Shown here in pieces: positions 19,598 to 31,820 of a DNA stretch of 64,000 nt. The notes under the pieces were generated by a model. It ran no database searches and was not told the DNA's origin. It was given only the letters and a program-made list of their open reading frames with translations. Origin of the DNA: an uncultured delta proteobacterium (lineage in GTDB: Bacteria; Desulfobacterota; BSN033; UBA1163); assembly GCA_963708295.1 (NCBI GenBank), contig CAVPSJ010000004.1, positions 512,001 through 576,000 on the forward strand, given 5' to 3'. Every line of letters begins with the position of its first letter. Positions within the stretch are counted from its first letter, which is position 1. The translations under genes and the position numbers were made by a program.

Positions 19598-21585
19598 ATG
19601 GTAGAAAATACCAGAAATCCCATCAGAATCGACCTGAATGAATTCAAACTCCACATTCATCTCAAGAAGAATTCAATTGACGCTCCATTTCAATTCACCC
19701 TCGCGAAGGTTTTACCTCTCCGTGATCGCCCTTGTCGTTAACGAGATGAAAAAATTAGGGAAGAATCACCTCCATCCCCCTGGAACGACACCTCGGCCAG
19801 CTTGTTTTGCTAAACGAAACAATAGGAGGTTCAGCCGGATCGTCCGAAACGGAGAATTTGCTTCCGAGGATTTATAGGAAATGGAAGGACGCCCTCCCTG
19901 ACCTGGAAGATGCCCCTCTTTTTAAGGTTCTCGGAAGAAGAAAAGAACACGATGAAGGGATCGGTAGAACCTATCCATTTGCCGAGGCTGAAAAAGACAG
20001 CTGGGCGAATCTTTTCGAGTACCAGGGGAGCGAGGAGAATGTCAGGCTGAAGTTTTCAATCGACAGGGTCGGAGCAACCTTAGATGATATCGTGATCGTC
20101 TACGGAGATTCTTCAGACGGGGAGGCATGGGACAGGTTTGTCTCGAACCTCAAAGGGAAGCACGAGAACCTATCCGAAGCAGAGGCCATCCAATCTCCCC
20201 CGAAAGTACCTGAATCCCCCGACTCACCGATGGAGAAGCGGAAGACTCCCTGGCAAGGCCGACGTCGCTGGGCAGTCCTTGTCGCCCTGATTGTCGTCAT
20301 TGCAGTGGCTGCCACCTTGGCCACGTGGAAACTCTATTTGAAACCTGCTCCAGAAAATAAGGCTTCTGCGGAGAAGATGGCCTTCCCCTTGCCCGATGTA
20401 CCTTCTATTGCTGTGATGCCCTTTGTGAACATGAGCGGTGACCCCAAACAGGAGTTTCTCACTGACGGGATCACCGAAGAAATCATCACCGCTCTCTCCA
20501 AAATTCCTCGCTTATTTGTGATGTCCAGGCAGTCAACCTTTTTCTATAAAGGCAAACCCGTGAAGGTTAAGCAGGTGAGCGAGGAGCTTGGAGTTCAATA
20601 TGTGCTTGAGGGGAGTGTTCAAAGGTCTGCTGACCGCATCCGGATTAATACCCAGTTGATCGATGCCCTCACAGGACGTCACGTCTGGTCTGAGCGGTAC
20701 GAGCGTGATCTGAAAGACCTATTTGCACTACAGGATGAGATCACCATGAAGGTCTTAGCCGCTGTCCGAGTAAAGCTGACAGGGGAGGAACTATCCTCTA
20801 CGGTCTCGAAATACTATAGCGGGAAACGAGGTCTCGATTGCTGGTTGAAGCACTTGGAAGCGCTCAGATACATTGAGCGTACAACTATCGAGGACAGCAA
20901 TGTAGCTCGGCGGCTTGCCGAGGAAGCTGTTTCAATGTGTCCAGAAAATCCAGTAGGTTATTACGTCCTCAGTTATGTCTGGCTGAACGATTATATTATT
21001 GGGAACCCGAAGTCTCCTCGGGAAACTGTTGAGAAAGCTATAGAGCTGGCCCAAAAAGCCCTTGCCATGGATGATTCCTACTCCGAGCCCCACGCATTGT
21101 TGAGTGTTCTCTATAGTCACAGAGGGGAGTATGATAATGGGGTTGCTGAGGGAGAGCGGTTTGTAGCCGCCTATCCCAGCAGATGGGGTGCCTATAATGT
21201 CTATGCCCAGGCTCTGACCTTTGCATGCCAGTCGGAGGAAGCCATTCCAATCTTCCAAAAGGCAATCCGACTCAACCCCAACCCTACGGTCAATACCCTT
21301 GTAATTTACGGGCACGCCCTCCGGATGGCGGGTCGGTTTGAAGAGGCGGTTTCGGTATATAAGAAAGCCATTCAGCGTACGCCTGATTTTATCCGTGCCC
21401 ATATCGGCTTAGGGGCTACATATAGCTTGATGGGGCGAGAGAAGGAAGCTCGTGCTGAGGCTGAAGAAGTCCTCAGGATAAATCCAAAGTTTTCGCTGGA
21501 TCTCTTTAAGACAGCATCTCCCTATAAGGATCCAGCAGAAATTGATAAAGTTATTAATGCCATGCGCAAGGCAGGGCTAAAATGA
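19598..21585 (+). CDS. Transmembrane TolB-like/TPR protein with an unassigned N-terminal cytoplasmic domain (frameshifted near 19668 and 19765)
   Basis: PSIAVMPFVNMSGDPKQE..DGITEEIITALS, YVLEGSV and TPRs; the N-terminus MVENTRNPIRIDLNEFKLH joins ORFs 19638 and 19807 across frameshifts. Confidence 0.75.
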
Positions 21586-21952
21586 TAGACTGAATCTCCC
21601 TATTCAGGTCTGACAAATACTTCGCAACTATTTGTTTTAACACTGTCGTTCGAGAGCCGTCCCAAAAATAACGACGGAGTGAAGGGGGCCTTCATTCTTC
21701 AGTCAGATTCAGATGGGGTTCCGGTGCAATTAATTTGAGTCTTGGAAAATAGGTTCGATAACGGGAGACATCGCGAGTTTGCAATGGTATTTGGGCAATG
21801 GCGGCATGAGCCTCGATGAAAAAGTTAACCGGATGCATTGAGTGATTATCATTTCTTTTACCCCATTTTCCGTACACTTGACCCATATGTCTATTTTATA
21901 GTTTACTACAAAATAGCCTTGACTATTTTGTAGTCTAAGTTATTATAGCCAT

Positions 21953-23110
21953 ATGCGGTACATTACCCCCTATATCCTGGATGATCTTCATTCAAAAATG
22001 GTCTTTATAAGCGGACCCCGTCAGGTGGGAAAAACCACTCTTGCCAAAGGTATTCTTTCAGACCATTTTCCCTCGGGCAGATACCTGGACTGGGATCTGG
22101 ATGAGGATCGACAGGATATCCTCAAGAAGAGATGGCATATAGAGGATAAGCTCTTGATCTTTGATGAATTGCACAAACTCCCTAGATGGAAGACATGGAT
22201 TAAGGGAATCTACGATGAGTCCCATAAATCCCATGCCTTTCTTGTGACAGGCTCCGCACGTCTCGACATTTACCGCCGTGGGGGAGATTCACTCATGGGA
22301 CGGTACCATCCCTGGCGACTCCATCCCTTTACCCTTGACGAGTTGCCAAAAGGGATTTCTTCCAGAGAGGGTTATCAAAGACTGATGACGGTCGGCGGTT
22401 TTCCAGAGCCCTTCATCAGTGGAGATGAACGGGCGGCTCGGCGTTGGCGGAGAGAGCGTTTCGATCGTGTTCTCCGTGAAGATGTGCGGGATTTGGAGTC
22501 CATTCGAAACATTCAGCTTCTTGGAATCTTTGTGGACATGCTGCGTCAGCGGGTGGGAGGCCTAATTACCCTTTCAAATATAGCAACTGACCTCCAGATC
22601 TCTCCCAAAACGGCGAAGGCTTGGCTTGAAGTCCTTGAAAGGATGTATCTTCTGTTTACGGTTCGTCCGCATACAAGGTCTCTGCCCAGAGCCGTACTCA
22701 AACCGCCGAAAGTCTACTTCTTCGACAACGCCGATGTCCTTTCCGGTGAAGGGGAACGGTTTGAGAATCTGGTGGCAACCTCCCTGCTGAAACGACTCCA
22801 TTTTCTGGAAGACCGTGATGGATATCGATATGAATTGCGTTTTCTTCGTGATAAGGAGGGCCGGGAAATTGACTTTGTCATTATCAAGGAAAACCGTGTT
22901 GAGGAACTGATTGAGGCCAAGTGGGCGGACGATAAAATTTCAAAATCGCTTATCTATTATACTGAACGCTTGAAACCCGAGAAGGCCACTCAAATCACTG
23001 CCCATGTGAGAAGACCTTACAGCCAAGGACGCATCCGAGTTACAGATCCCCTTTCTTACTTTCACCGGGACTTTTTCGCCGGCGCCGAGACCATTAAGAC
23101 AAATTCTTAG
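21953..23110 (+). CDS. AAA_14 ATPase with DUF4143 domain
   Basis: GPRQVGKTT, FDELHK, VTGSA, GGFPE, KVYFFD, FENLV and REIDF motifs. Confidence 0.9.
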   Translation: MRYITPYILDDLHSKMVFISGPRQVGKTTLAKGILSDHFPSGRYLDWDLDEDRQDILKKRWHIEDKLLIFDELHKLPRWKTWIKGIYDESHKSHAFLVTGSARLDIYRRGGDSLMGRYHPWRLHPFTLDELPKGISSREGYQRLMTVGGFPEPFISGDERAARRWRRERFDRVLREDVRDLESIRNIQLLGIFVDMLRQRVGGLITLSNIATDLQISPKTAKAWLEVLERMYLLFTVRPHTRSLPRAVLKPPKVYFFDNADVLSGEGERFENLVATSLLKRLHFLEDRDGYRYELRFLRDKEGREIDFVIIKENRVEELIEAKWADDKISKSLIYYTERLKPEKATQITAHVRRPYSQGRIRVTDPLSYFHRDFFAGAETIKTNS

Positions 23111-23168
23111 TAATAAAGGCTTAAGGATAAGATCGCACTTCTATTCAACCCGGGAAGCTTCAAGGAAT

Positions 23169-23885
23169 TTATATCAATCCAATCAATCTCTTTAGGTTTT
23201 TGGAAAGGAGCCATTCCTTTTTGTCATCTCCGATCGGCAGGGAGAGTACTTTCTCCAGTTCCCATTTCATCGTTCCAAACGGAATGTCAGAACCGAACAG
23301 GATTCTCTCATGTCCTATCTTATCTATAAACTTCATGACCGTGTCTGAACCGGCTAAGGCGGTGTCAAAGTAGACATTCTCTCTCCCTTTGAACGTATCG
23401 AGGAAGTCCATTGGATTTCCTCCCAGTGCTCCCAGGTGCGGAATGATGATCTTCAAACTTTTCGTCTTCTTTACAAAAGCCTCGGTAAAAGCGAATTCTT
23501 CCTCAACAACGATGGGAAGGTCAATCCTCTCTGAGGCATCGATAAATTCTTCCAGCTTAGGATCTTTCAAAGCCTGATAGTTGGATGAGGAATCCTGGAC
23601 CCCTCGCATCCAGTGCCATTTCCCTCCATAATACCCTTTGCCCTCGGCGATGGGTTTCATTGTTTCTGGAATGTAATAATAAGGAATGAATCTTCTTATT
23701 CTATTGGTCTCATCGAGAAGTTTTTCATTGATTCCTTCATCGGCCAACGCTGTGGAAGGAAATGGAAAGACAACAATCCGACTCACGCCACTTTCTTCGG
23801 CCTGCCTCAGAAGTTCTTCAGTCGTTACCTCTGTTCCCATGGTGACCGAGGGTCCCCAGTGGGTATGGCAATCAATGATTTCCAT
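23169..23885 (-). CDS. Amidohydrolase_2 family metallohydrolase
   Basis: IIDCHTH, IIPHLG and ILFGSDIP motifs. Confidence 0.85.
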   Translation of the reverse strand: MEIIDCHTHWGPSVTMGTEVTTEELLRQAEESGVSRIVVFPFPSTALADEGINEKLLDETNRIRRFIPYYYIPETMKPIAEGKGYYGGKWHWMRGVQDSSSNYQALKDPKLEEFIDASERIDLPIVVEEEFAFTEAFVKKTKSLKIIIPHLGALGGNPMDFLDTFKGRENVYFDTALAGSDTVMKFIDKIGHERILFGSDIPFGTMKWELEKVLSLPIGDDKKEWLLSKNLKRLIGLI

Positions 23886-23946
23886 AAGTATTCATCGGAG
23901 GACAACAGACTTTTAAGGGAACAGGAAATTTATAAGCAGAATTGAC

Positions 23947-24831
23947 TCAAATTCTCTCCCTATTGATAGGGGAGGATGAGAGCGGAGCCGACTCGACAAG
24001 GCTCCGGATCACCTTCATATTCTTCAGGTCTTCAACGGTATCCTTTCTCGGGGTCTCCATGATCCCGGGAAGATGCCTCAACAAGGGATGGTTGACCAGA
24101 CATCTGAACCCTTCCCGTCCGATATGCCCCTCACCGATATGCCAATGTCGATCTTTTCTCGATCCCAGAGGAGTCTTTGAATCATTGAGGTGGAGGAGAT
24201 GGAGTCGTTTCAAGCCAAGGGCTTGGTCAAAGGCTTCAAGGGTCCTTTCGATTCCATCCTTGTTGGAAAGGTCATATCCCGCTTCAAAAGAATGAGCCGT
24301 GTCAAGACAGACCCCCATTCTTTCATGGTCAGAGAACTCCGTCGATGATTCTCTTGATCTGATCAAAGGCGTAGCCGATCTCTGTCCCCTGCCCGGCGGT
24401 GTTCTCCATGAGGAGAATGACACCATTCTTCACCTTTTCAAAGGCTTGATCAATCCCTTGAGAAACAGCCTCAATGGCTTGATCTTCGGAGGATTCCATT
24501 CGATGACCAATATGGATGATCAGATAGTGAGCTCCTAAATGGTTCCGCCCTTTGAAGATCTGTGGCGATGGAATGGATGGATCGCTTATAGAATTTTGAT
24601 TCTGAGCGAAGCAATATTGGGGAGATAGGGCATGTGGAGAACGATGGGGGAGAGGTCAGAGGATTGGATGGAGGATCGAAACGCTTCCACTTCCTTTTTA
24701 TTCAACGGAGAATAATTCCATCCCCTCGGGTTTCGGGAGAAGAATTGGATGGTCTCACAACCTCTCGCCTCAGCCCTTTCGACGATCCTTGAGAACCCTC
24801 CTGCAATGGAGATATGAAAACCAAATCGCAT
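23947..24831 (-). CDS. nfo: Endonuclease IV (frameshifted in this sequence)
   Basis: GFHISIAGG, QFFSRNPR, HMPYLPN, CLDTAH, HLNDSK, DRHWHIGEG and METP spread over several frames. Confidence 0.9.
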
Positions 24832-24918
24832 TTACATACCCTCCGTGATGCTCATCGCAGGATATCTCGGGGGTATCTCTTGGGAGCAGGAGAACGACCC
24901 ATTGATTTTCGTCGAGAA

Positions 24919-27608
24919 TTAAAGCTTCCGGATTTTCACCGCGCAGACCTTGAATTCAGGGATCTTGGCTACAGGATCCAAGGCGTCGATGGTCAGCAGG
25001 TTGGCAGCTGCTTCCTTGAAGTGAAAGGTCATGAAAACGACACCCGGTGGAAGATTGTCGGAAACCTTTGATTTGACCTGGACCCTGCCGCGACGAGAGG
25101 TGACTTCGACCAATCCGTTATCCGGCTTGATTCCTAACCGTTGCGCGTCTTCAGGATTGATCTCGATCACTCCCTCCGGATAGATCTCCGAGAGTCCCTT
25201 CGACTTCCGGCTGATCACCGTGTGGTAGTGGTAGAGCACCCGGCCTGTGGTCAACAGGAAAGGATATTTCTCGTCGGGGAGTTCCGGAGCGGGCGCATAA
25301 GGCGTGACGTGAAACTTTCCTTTGCCCCGGCTGAACTTGTCTTTATGGAGGAAGGGAGTGCCCGGATGGTCTTGCGTCGGACAGGGCCACTGGAGTCCCA
25401 ACCCTTCCAACCGTCGCGTACTGCATGCCACCGTATGAGGGCGTCACGGAAGCGATCTCGTCCATGATTTCTTTGGGTGAAGAATATCCCAGCGGATAAC
25501 CCAGGCGTGATGAGAGATCGCAGAGGATCTGCCAGTCTGGCCGGCTATTTCCAATGGGCTCGATCGCCTTGCGCACGCGCTGGACCCGTCGCTCCGTGTT
25601 TGTGAAGGTTCCATCCTTCTCGGCAAAGCTCACTCCGGGAAGGACCACGTGGGCCAATTCGGCGGTCTCCGTAAGAAAGATGTCCTGGACGACGAGGAGG
25701 TCGAGGTGTTTGAGTTCCTCCTTCACCTGATTCATATTGGGGTCCGAAAGCAATGGATTCTCTCCGAGGATGAAAAGGGCCTTCACTTTCCCCTCGGCGA
25801 TCCCCTTCATCATCTCCATCAGAGTCAGCCCGGGACGGGGCGGAAGAGAGACGCCCCACGCCTTTTCAAACCTCTGCCGAACCGCAGGGTCGTCGACCCG
25901 TTGATAGCCCGTATACACATTCGGCAGGCCGCCCATGTCACAGGCTCCCTGAACATTGCTTTGTCCCCGGAGGGGGTTGACTCCCGAAGAAGGTTTACCG
26001 ATCTGTCCTGTGGCCATGGACAGGTTCGCCAGGGCAAGAACGTTGTTCGTCCCCGTGACGTGCTGGGTGATGCCCATCGCATAGAGAATGGAGGAATTGG
26101 AGGACTGGGCATAAAGACGCGCTGCTTCCACGATATCGCTTGCCGGCACACCCGTGATCTTTTCCACCGCTTCCGGAGTATAATCTTTCACCGAATCGGC
26201 AAGGGCCTCAAATCCTTCTGTGCGTTCGTCCACGAAGGCCTTGTTGAGCCATCCCCGGGAAATGATGACGTTCAGCATCCCGTTGATCAAGGCCACGTCC
26301 GTCCCGGGCTTTTGTTGAAGCCAGAGATGGGCGTAGTCCACAAGGTCGATCCTCCGGGGATCGGCCACAATGAGCTTGGCCTTTTTCTGCCTCACGGCCG
26401 CTTTGACCTCGAGGGCAATGACAGGATGATTCTCGGATGTGTTTGAGCCGATGACGAAAATGCAGTCCGCATTCCTGATCTCTCCGATGGGATTGGTCAT
26501 CGCTCCGCTTCCAAATGCCATCGCCAGACCGGCGACGGTGGAGCTGTGTCAGAGACGGGCACAGTGGTCTACATTGTTCGTGCCCAGGGCAGCCCGGGCG
26601 ATCTTCTGGAGGAGATAGTTCTCTTCATTCGTGCACTTGGCAGAGACAAGGACACCGATGGCATCGGCTCCATGCTGGGCCTTTACCTTTTTCAGACCGT
26701 TCGCCACGGTATCTAGGGCCTCATCCCAGGAGGCCTGGCGAAACTTCCCGTTCTCCTTGATCAGGGGCTCGGAGAGCCGGTCAGGACTGTGCACGTAGTC
26801 GAAACCAAACCTGCCCTTCACACAGGTCCAGCCTCGATTCACTCCCAGGTCAGGATCAGAAGTAACCTTCACCACACGGTTGTTCTTTCACGTTGAGAAC
26901 AAGTGTGCATCCGACACCGCAATAAGAACAGGTGGTCGGAACTTTTTTCAACTCCCATTCCCGTCCCTCAAAGCGTCCCGCCTTTTCGCTCAGTGCCCCC
27001 ACGGGACAGACACTGACACAGTTCCCGCAGAAGACACAGGGGGTCTCCTGCATGGAGCGATCAAAGGAGGCAGCAATCTTCGTAGCGAATCCCCGTTTGG
27101 AATGGTCCACGGCTTCGCAGTATTGCACTTCATGGCAGACGGTGACACACCTTCCGCACAGGATGCACTTATTGTAATCCCTTTCATAGAAAGGGTTGGA
27201 GGATCGAATGGGGTAGTTGTGTTTCTCTCCCTCGAAGCGCGATTTCCGAATCCCAAATTCGTAGGCGTATTTTTCCAGCTTGCAGGAACCGCTCTTTTCA
27301 CAGGTCATGCAATCATAAGGATGGTCGGAGAGTAAAAACTCGATCGCCAGTCTTCGGGCATCCTGCACCCGCTTTGTGTTGGTTCGGACCACCATCTTGT
27401 TGGCCACGGGATAGGCGCAGGAAGCCACCAGGGTCCTGGATCCCTCAACCTCCACCACGCATAAACGACAGGCCGTGGTCGGCGTCAGATCTTTCCGGTA
27501 GCAAAGATGAGGGATAGGGATCCCTTCCTTCTTGCAGGCGTCAAAGATCGTCATTCCCGCCTGGGCTTTCACCTCACGGCCGTCGATGGTCAATTGCATC
27601 TCTGCCAT
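24919..27608 (-). CDS. fdhA: Formate dehydrogenase alpha subunit with selenocysteine and NuoG-like N-terminus; frameshifts near 26880 and 25420
   Basis: Fe-S motifs, [46 protein letters not shown] and IPEFKVCAV. Confidence 0.9.
26518..26551 (-). promoter_or_regulatory. Sec UGA codon with bacterial SECIS hairpin
   Basis: In-frame TGA at 26551-26549 followed by the stem-loop CCGTCGCC-GGTCT-GGCGATGG. Confidence 0.85.
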
Positions 27609-27642
27609 ATTTTTGCTCCTATTCTTATCGTTTGTCCCTTTC

Positions 27643-30600
27643 CTATCTTTCTAAATCGCAGCGCAAACAACGCTTGGCCTCTCGGATGGCGGTCTCTTCG
27701 TCGAATCCAAAGTTGACTTCTTCAAAGGTACAGACCCGACGGTCCACGGCCATGGCAGGCATGCCGGCCCTTGGTTTTACCGCCGCCTCTTCCCCTTCTT
27801 CCGCTTCGGCCTTCGGCACGTCGCCCGCCGCTCCGCCTGGTAGATCCGGTCTTTATAGAGATCTTGCCCCTTCAGGTACCGGTCGATGGAGACGGCCGCC
27901 CGGTAGCCACTGGCCATGGCTTCTACGACCGTGGATGGCCCGGTGACGACATCCCCTCCGGCAAAAACACCCGGAAGATGTGTTGCCAGAGTGATCGGGT
28001 CAACGGAAAGAGTCCCCGCTTTTGTCGTTTTAAATCCGTCATTCTGGGGAAGACAGGAGAGATCTGGCATATAGCCGATCGCAGGGATGACCATGTCCAC
28101 CTCCAGCACAAACTCCGAACCCTTCACCGGAACAGGACGACGCCTTCCGCTGGCATCAAACGCCCCAAGCTCCATACGCTGGCATTCCAACCCCTTCACC
28201 TTCCCGTTTTCCGCAAGGATCCGGGTCGGTGCAACAAGGTAAAGGATCTTGATCTTTTCGTGCTCGGCTTCCTCGATCTCTTCATCGTTGGCGGGCATCT
28301 CATCCCGGGTTCTGCGGTAGACAATGGAAACCTCCTTCGCTCCCAGCCGCAGAGCCGTACGTGCTGCATCGATCGCCACATTCCCTCCGCCGATGACGGC
28401 TACCTTCTCTCCCACTTTCACTTTTTCACCGAGATTGACCCTGCGGAGAAAATTGATCCCCGGGATGACACCGTCAGCATCCTCTCCGGGCGTGTTCATC
28501 TTCTGGTTGAGATGAGCCCCTATGGCCAGGAATACAGCCTTGTATCCCTGTTTGAGAAGTTCGTCGATGGTGAAGTCCTTGCCGAGTGACTTGCCCGTCT
28601 TGATCTCGACGTTGTGCTGACAGATGAAGCGGATGTCGTTCTCCAGATTCTTCCGGGGCAACCGGTAATCCGGTATGCCCACGGCAAGCATGCCGCCGGC
28701 CATGGGCAGGGATTCGAAGATGGTCACCGGATATCCTCGCCGTCCCAGATGGTAGGCTGCGTTCAGCCCTGCCGGACCGGCACCCACGATGGCGACCCGC
28801 TCCGCCTTTGGCTTTTCCAGGAAAGTGGGAGGAGTCATGCTTCCTGTCCGGAGCTCCCAATCGGAGGCAAATCGTTTCAGCGAGGAGATGGCAATGGGCT
28901 CGTCGATCTCACCTCTCTTGCACATGTTCTCACAGGGATGGTTGCAGACCCGGCCGCAGACCCCTGCCAGCGGCATGGTCAGCCGGATAAGGTTCAGGGC
29001 CTCTGGGTACCTTCCCTCCGCAATCAAGGACGTGTAACCCACCGCATCACAACGTACCGGACAGGTGTTTTCACAGGGCGCAAAGACCAGGGCCTCACAG
29101 GCTCCCGAGGGGCAGTACTTCTCCCGAATGTGGGCCTCATACTCGTGCCGGAAATGGTTGATGGTCGAAAGCACGGGGTTGGGGCAGGTCTGTCCCAGGC
29201 CGCAGAGGGCCGAATCTTTGATGAGCGGCCCCATTTCCAAAAGGAGTTCAATATCCCCTTCCCTTCCTTCGCCTTTGGTGATTCGCGTCAGGATCTCCAG
29301 CATCCGTTTCGTGCCGATACGGCAGGGAACACACTTCCCGCACGATTCGTCCTGGGTGAAGCTCAGGAAGAAACGGGCAATGTCCACCATGCAGGTCTTC
29401 TCGTCCATGACGATCATGCCGCCCGATCCCATCATGGAACCTGCTTCGGTCAAGGATTCATAGTCGATGGGCAGATCAAGAAACTTGGCGGGCAGGCATC
29501 CGCCGGAGGGGCCGCCCATCTGGGCTGCCTTGAAATGGCGACCCCTGGGAATTCCTCCGCCGATGTTGAAAATGACCTCGCGGAGGGTCGTCCCCATGGG
29601 CACCTCCACAAGGCCCGTGTTATTGATCTTGCCCGTGAGGGAGAAGATCTTGGTCCCCTTGCTGCCCTGGGTCCCGATGGCCGCATAGGCTGCTGAGCCT
29701 CCAAGGATGATGGACCGGATATTGGCGTAGGTCTCCACGTTATTGATGTTCGTGGGTTTGCCCCAGAGTCCTGCAACGGCCGGAAAGGGAGGCCGTGCAC
29801 GGGGCATTCCCCTCTTGCCCTCGATCGACGCCAGGAGGGCTGTCTCCTCACCGCAGACAAAGGCGCCGGCTCCTTCCTTGATCTTCAAGTGAAAACTGAA
29901 GGGGGTGCCCAGGATGTTGTCCCCGATCAGCCCCAGTTCCTCTGCCTGGGCCATGGCGATCTTCAGGTGCTGGACGGCCAGGGGATATTCGGCCCGAACG
30001 TAGACATAGCCGTGTTGGGATCCGATGGCATAAGCTGCGATGAGCATTCCTTCCAGGACCAGATGGGGATTTCCCTCCAGAACACTCCGATCCATAAAGG
30101 CCCCGGGATCTCCCTCGTCGGCGTTGCAGACGATATACTTCACGTCGCCGGGCGAGCTGCGGGTGAAGCGCCACTTTCTCCCGGTGGGAAAACCGGCTCC
30201 CCCGCGTCCCCGCAATCCTGACTTCTCCACCTCATCGATCACCTGCTCCGGCGTCATGGAGAACAAGGACTTTGCTCAATGCGGAATAGCCTCCGCGACC
30301 GATGTAATCGCGGATCTCCGTCGGGATCGATGCGGCCGTTATCGCTCAAGACCTGGCGCATCTGGCCCTTGTAAAAGGGAACATCATGGTCATACGTGAT
30401 GACCTTCCCGGTAGCCGGGTCGGTATAAAGCAATCGCTCTACCAGGCGGCCATTCTTCAGGGTTTCGGAAACGATCTCCGGCACATCTCCAAGCGCCTAC
30501 CTGTTGGTAGAAAATCTCCTTGGGCAGGATGACCACCACCGGTCCCCGCTCGCAGAAACCGTGGCAGCCCGTTCTCATCACATCCACTTTTCCCTCAAGC

Positions 30601-30784
30601 CCCTGTTTTCGTATCTCCTCGATGAAGGCCAACCGGACTTCCTCGCCTCCCCAGGCCCGGCAACCTGTTCCGCCGCATACCGTGACGCAGGTCTTGTTCG
30701 GATCTCTCTCTTTACAATGGCCTCTCGCAGCGCCATCAAATCCTTGTCGGATTTCAGCTTCAACTCTCTACCTCCTTCAGACAT
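27643..30784 (-). CDS. NuoF/HydB-like flavoprotein fused to a GltD/NfnL-like FAD/NAD(P)H domain (frameshifted at both ends)
   Basis: [52 protein letters not shown], then [18 protein letters not shown] and terminal RCLRCDLER*. Confidence 0.85.
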
Positions 30785-31241
30785 ACTGTTTCAGCACCTG
30801 TTCAACCTTTGCCGGCGTCAGCTTGCCATAGTAATTCTTATTGACAAGGAGCACAGGAGAAAGGGCACAGGCTCCCAGACAGGCCACGGTTTCAAAGGTG
30901 AATTTGAAATCGGGTGTGGTCTCGCCCTCTCCGATGCCCAAGGCCTGCTGAACAGCCTTGAGAACATTCTTTCCCCCTCGCACGTGACAGGCCGTTCCCC
31001 GGCAGACCCTCACCGTATAGCGACCCCGGGGGGTCGTGTAAAATTGGGCATAAAAAGTAACCACCCCAAAAATACGGCTCAGGGGAATGTGCAGGCGCTT
31101 CCCGATCGCAGCCAGGAGTTCTTCTGACAAATATCCATAAATCTCCTGTGCCTCCTGGAGCACAGGGATGAGCGCTCCTTCCTCACCCCGGTGTTTCTCG
31201 AACACGCTATCAAGCTTGCTCAGATCCAATGCCTCTGCCAT
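30777..31241 (-). CDS. NuoE/HydC-like 2Fe-2S subunit
   Basis: LIPVLQEAQ, GVVTFY, CRGTACH and CLGACALSP motifs. Confidence 0.9.
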   Translation of the reverse strand: MAEALDLSKLDSVFEKHRGEEGALIPVLQEAQEIYGYLSEELLAAIGKRLHIPLSRIFGVVTFYAQFYTTPRGRYTVRVCRGTACHVRGGKNVLKAVQQALGIGEGETTPDFKFTFETVACLGACALSPVLLVNKNYYGKLTPAKVEQVLKQYV

Positions 31242-31652
31242 TTCATACTCCTTCCGTTTATAGAATCAGTTTATGAGTGCGCTGTATCCTTAGATACGGC
31301 GTTCTAAAGGTGGGCGTTTTTCTTCTAACTACTTATTATTGTAAGACAAAAATCCCTTTTTCTCTAATTTGGAGAAAAACCATCAATCTGTTTTTTTCGG
31401 ATAGATGCACGAAACGTGCAAGAAGAACATCTTTAAACTTAATATACGAAAATTTCTTCCCATGTCAAGATCAAAAGGCATCCGACGTCGAGAAGGAGGA
31501 AGCCCTCAAAGCCGCCTGCTTTTCAGAATGAAAAGGTCGCTTCCTTTGGCAAGAGTTTTCGCCCGTCCGATCAGACTCGATGAATTTGCTCGAACAAGCG
31601 CCTGAGATCCAAAGCGGGAACACACGGTAACCCATTTTTCATAAGATTTTTC

Positions 31653-31681
31653 TTGACAAAAAAGGACCAATCCTTTAGTTT
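31653..31681 (+). promoter_or_regulatory. Candidate sigma70 promoter of the nuo operon
   Basis: TTGACA-17 nt-TAGTTT. Confidence 0.5.
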
Positions 31682-31820
31682 AGTTTTTGCATAAGAGTAA
31701 TTTCACACATTCAACCTCAAGAACAAATATCCGAAATATTAGGATCTTATTCAAGGTCGCCGAAGGGCGACTTCCGACCTTGGCAGGAAGGATTTTTTTC
31801 TGTCAGGATAAGGAGGGAGC

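Noticed and set aside
27771-29696. Long antisense ORFs over the fdh/nuo genes (and similar ones elsewhere)
   Set aside because: These are shadows of GC-rich coding strands, with no recognisable motifs.
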